Assembly (NCBI GenBank): GCA_051362555.1
Contig: CM120644.1
Span: 25,194,534 to 25,258,533, forward strand
DNA length: 64,000 bases
Source of the DNA: Lingula anatina
Lineage: Eukaryota; Animalia; Brachiopoda
Direction of reading: 5' to 3'
Below, piece by piece: positions 60,381-64,000 of this stretch (position 1 is its first letter; every line of letters starts with the position of its first letter). Below the pieces are notes generated by a model that was not told where the DNA came from, ran no database searches, and saw only the letters and a list, made by a program, of their open reading frames with translations. The position numbers and the translations under genes are program-made.

Positions 60381-61619
60381 GTGAGTAGCAGCAAATAGGA
60401 GGCTATTTCAGAAGGGTTGTACCTCAAAAGAAGCTTAGGCTAGTATTTTATCTCATACAAGATTTTTGTTCTTTTTGTATCATTACTATGCTTTTTTCAG
60501 TATTTTTAGTTTAAAAAATGTTTAGGCTGTTTTGATTTAGAATTAACTAGTAGCAGTAGGACTCTTCTTTATAAATTCATTTGAAATTCAAATTAACTTT
60601 TGGTATTGAGTTATGTTGTGAAAAGGTTACTTGTTTACATTGATTACCCTTGTATAAAGCTATAAATGTAGGCAGTTAAAATAGGATTTACAAATATATC
60701 TTTGTTATCTTGTTAACAGGCAACAAAGTTAGAAGTATAAAGAAAAAAAATGAAAAAATGGATTTAAACCAACACAATGACAATGTAAGCTGTAAAATAA
60801 AATGGTATAAAGAGTATGATATAAATTTAGAAGCTTGATTTGGGGAGCAATTAATTACAACTGTCAATACCTTATTAAACAACTTCTGCTAATATTGAGA
60901 TTAATGATTTACTGTTACTGTACATAATAATAAATAGAATAATAATTTAACAGTTTATTTACAGTTCTGTAACAGAAAACAATGTCCAGCTCACGAGAAG
61001 TTAGGAGAGAAAGACTTTATTTTTCATTAATTACAGGTTTCATTAGTTTATTAAATAAAACATTAAGTTAAACATTAAATTAATAAAAATAACTAAATAA
61101 TTAGAGTTAAATAATATATAACTTAATACTAAATAAAAAGATAAAAAGAAAACAATTTTACATGTCCAGCTACGTTTATTACATTGCGTTGTATGGGGAT
61201 TTTGCCAAAATGCCCTTAATTTTGCTGAAAAATGCAAAAATAAAAAATTCTGCCCTAGCAATTTTAATTTTATGTGGATATGTTATAGATCTTGGTAGAC
61301 CTCAAAGAAATTTACAAAAAAATATGTACCACACCATGCTTGTTTTTGAGCCAGGGCTGCTTGAACATCGATTTTTATCAAATTTACATAGGAATCAATG
61401 GAAATTTCCAAGCAAATTTAAATAAATGTGTTTTGTATCGTGGGTTTTTTAACTCATACATTTATTTTGCTTCCATGAAAATTATATTTATACTTCTCTG
61501 CATCAGCTAACCAAATTTCATAAAGTTTGCTTATCCCATTCATAATAAATAGATATTAAATTGTTGAAAGTATCAGTTGGATTTCAGTATGTCTCATGGA
61601 ATGCCGCCATATTGGATTT

Positions 61620-62920
61620 TTCATAGGCTGGACCTACAAGCACATGTATCAATCTCTTGTGACTTTTATCTTCCTATTCCTTTTTTCTTACTGTTTTATA
61701 CATTTTAACATTGAGATAGCTGGATAGATTGTTTGCTTTGTATATTTTAATATACATTGTTTAAACAACGTATCAATTTCTTACTACGGGTACGTTACAT
61801 GTAGCCATATTTCTTGACAAACGTGCTTTGGAAACTAGGTGGCAAAAAAGTTAGAATATTCGTCTAAAGACATCTTTTGGTTATCAGTTTATTTCGATTT
61901 CATATTATATTTACAACATGAAATCAAATAAATATATAAAATAAATAAACATACATTTTTAAAATTTAGGCATTAAAGACATCCTACATGCATTTTTCTT
62001 ATTACTTTATACATTTTGTTACTCTTTTTTTTGTGTTTAGATTAATTTTACATATAGAAGACAATAAAGACCATCTAGACCTCTTTGAAATGACATGTGC
62101 AAATGCTGATATATTAACCACGACATCTTGATTTTCCCCCTAAACATGAAGAAATTATTATTATAAACTAGGTCTTATGTAGAATTTGCTAAAGGTTGAA
62201 CACAGGATTTTGTTAGTTGAATGGGATGAAATAAAAAATCAAATAACAGGGATCTTCCTGGGTCAAAATCTGGCTGGGCCATTTTTAAAAAATGTGTGCC
62301 GTGAATATTTTGTGATAATTCATTATGTTTCAATATCATTTTTTATTTTAATTTTAATCATATTATTTTTCATAGGCTAGGCAGATTGACCAAAAGCATA
62401 TTATATCAATCTCATGTGACTTATTTTCTTATTCCTTTTTATTTTTATTTCTTTTGTTTCTTTATTTTTCTTACTCAGTACTAAAATATGCACTTTATGG
62501 TAAGATAGCTGGATAAATTGTTTCCTTTGTATATTAACAATGTATCAATTTCTTACTATGGTAAGTTAGTCATATTTCTTTTCTATAATGGAAGATGGTG
62601 ACAAAATACATATCAATAGCATATAAATATGCATATTAATTTTAATATTAAAAAATCATACAATTTTTTTATTACTTTTATGCATTTTGTTACTCGTGGT
62701 TTTTTGTGTTTGGATTGATTTCACTGAGAAGAAAATAAAGACCATCTAGACCTTCTCTTTGAAAAGCAATTACAAATTCTGATATGTTAACCCTGACAGC
62801 TTAATTTTTTTCCTACACATGGAGAAATTATTTTTTTACAAACAAGGTTTTCTACAGAATTTGGTAAAGGTTTCACACAGGATTTAGTCAATTGACTGGG
62901 ATAAAATAATAAATCAGAAA
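61620..62920 (+). repeat. Diverged ~750-bp tandem duplication in the last intron
   Basis: cataggct..tatcaatctc..gatagctggata..aaagaccatctagacc recur at ~61620-62250 and ~62370-62920. Confidence 0.65.
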
Positions 62921-64000
62921 AAAGGATTTTCTTCACTTTCATCATTGCAAAAATTAACTAAATTTTGTAACTCAAGACTATCTTTTAATGCATTATGGGC
63001 TGAATAATTTCTGTGAAGTAATAAATTTACAAACTAAAGTCTCTTGTTTATGATTGGGTAAATTAGGATAAAGTTGGAATAAAGTACACTTTATCTTCTG
63101 AAATATACTGTTTATTTTCCTAGCATCAAAAAAGTATTACATGTATCTGCATAAAAACCCTTGGTCCTCTGTTGTGTGTTTTATGGTTTTGTCCATTTGC
63201 ACTTTAACAAAACCATTACAAGAATGACGTCGCAACACGCCAGTGGGTGTACACTGGTTGCATCTTTTCTGGAGAGCTGAAAATCGCACTGTTTGCAGGT
63301 CATATTGTTCAATAACATTCTTAAATCAACAACAAAACGCCATGAGTCTAATTATTTTAACTTATTGTGAAAGAAGAGAATTGTTTTCAGCATACAAATC
63401 ACGGTAACTTGGCCCTGGGTGATCGGAAACCAATGCTGAAGAAGGCAATGTCTTGTTGCACACATCATAACCATGTGATAAATCACCACAATACACATTG
63501 TGGTCAAAATGCAAACAATTGTGATTATTTTCCGTGAGATAAGATCTTGTCACTGCTATACAAGCCTTACTAAAACGTTCTTTTCTATCCCTTCTTCACG
63601 TAATTTCTTACATTGCGGCATTTGTAACAAAGTCGCAAGTGGGTACTTTACGTCGTAAAAGACCAAGCGTTCACAGATACGCAACGCATTGTTGACATAT
63701 TCGTAGCGCTTCGACCAAAATAACATCAAAGATTTCATACTGATTTCTTAAAAGGGTGAATTACGTATTTTATTGCATGTTATATGTTTATCATTAGCCG
63801 CTATCGCAAAAAACTACTCATGCGCGAAATCTGCGCAGATCGCAAAAAAAGCTCGTATGAGAGAACTACCTTAAGAACACATTTGCATGGCATTAGATTG
63901 CTGTGATATTAATTCATTTGTTTCTTATTTATTCATTTTTTTTATTTCATTTTATTTATTTTCAATTTATTTATTTTGCCATGTCTTATCTAAAATTCTA

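Noticed and set aside
1-64000. tRNA, rRNA or other structured RNA genes
   Set aside because: None recognised by eye; the long hairpins are explained by MITE TIRs. tRNAscan-SE or Infernal would be needed to exclude them.

Overview
AT-rich, intron-rich animal genomic DNA. The repeat types suggest an invertebrate, probably a mollusc (inference). One + strand gene, incomplete at both ends, occupies almost the whole window. By hand I could thread 48 GT-AG exons (4908-60380, 10,313 nt, about 3,440 aa) with consistent intron phases. They encode a polycystin-1-like (PKD1L/REJ family) receptor with an unusual ectodomain: 2x IgGFc-binding (FCGBP N-terminal-like) domain, acidic DGIDNDCDG motif, 18x TSP1, sushi/CCP, TSP1, EGF-like, REJ, GAIN/GPS, TM1, PLAT and TM2-5. 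Sixteen of the TSP1 exons form a recent, near-identical A/B tandem array. The introns carry many non-autonomous DNA transposons (PIF/Harbinger-, Tc1/mariner- and EnSpm-like). The most striking feature is that eight exons of this gene, plus one orphan exon start, have a splice site copied into a private minisatellite of intron end plus exon end. Unit sequences are unrelated (40-108 bp), so the arrays arose independently and leave ladders of 2-22 alternative splice sites.
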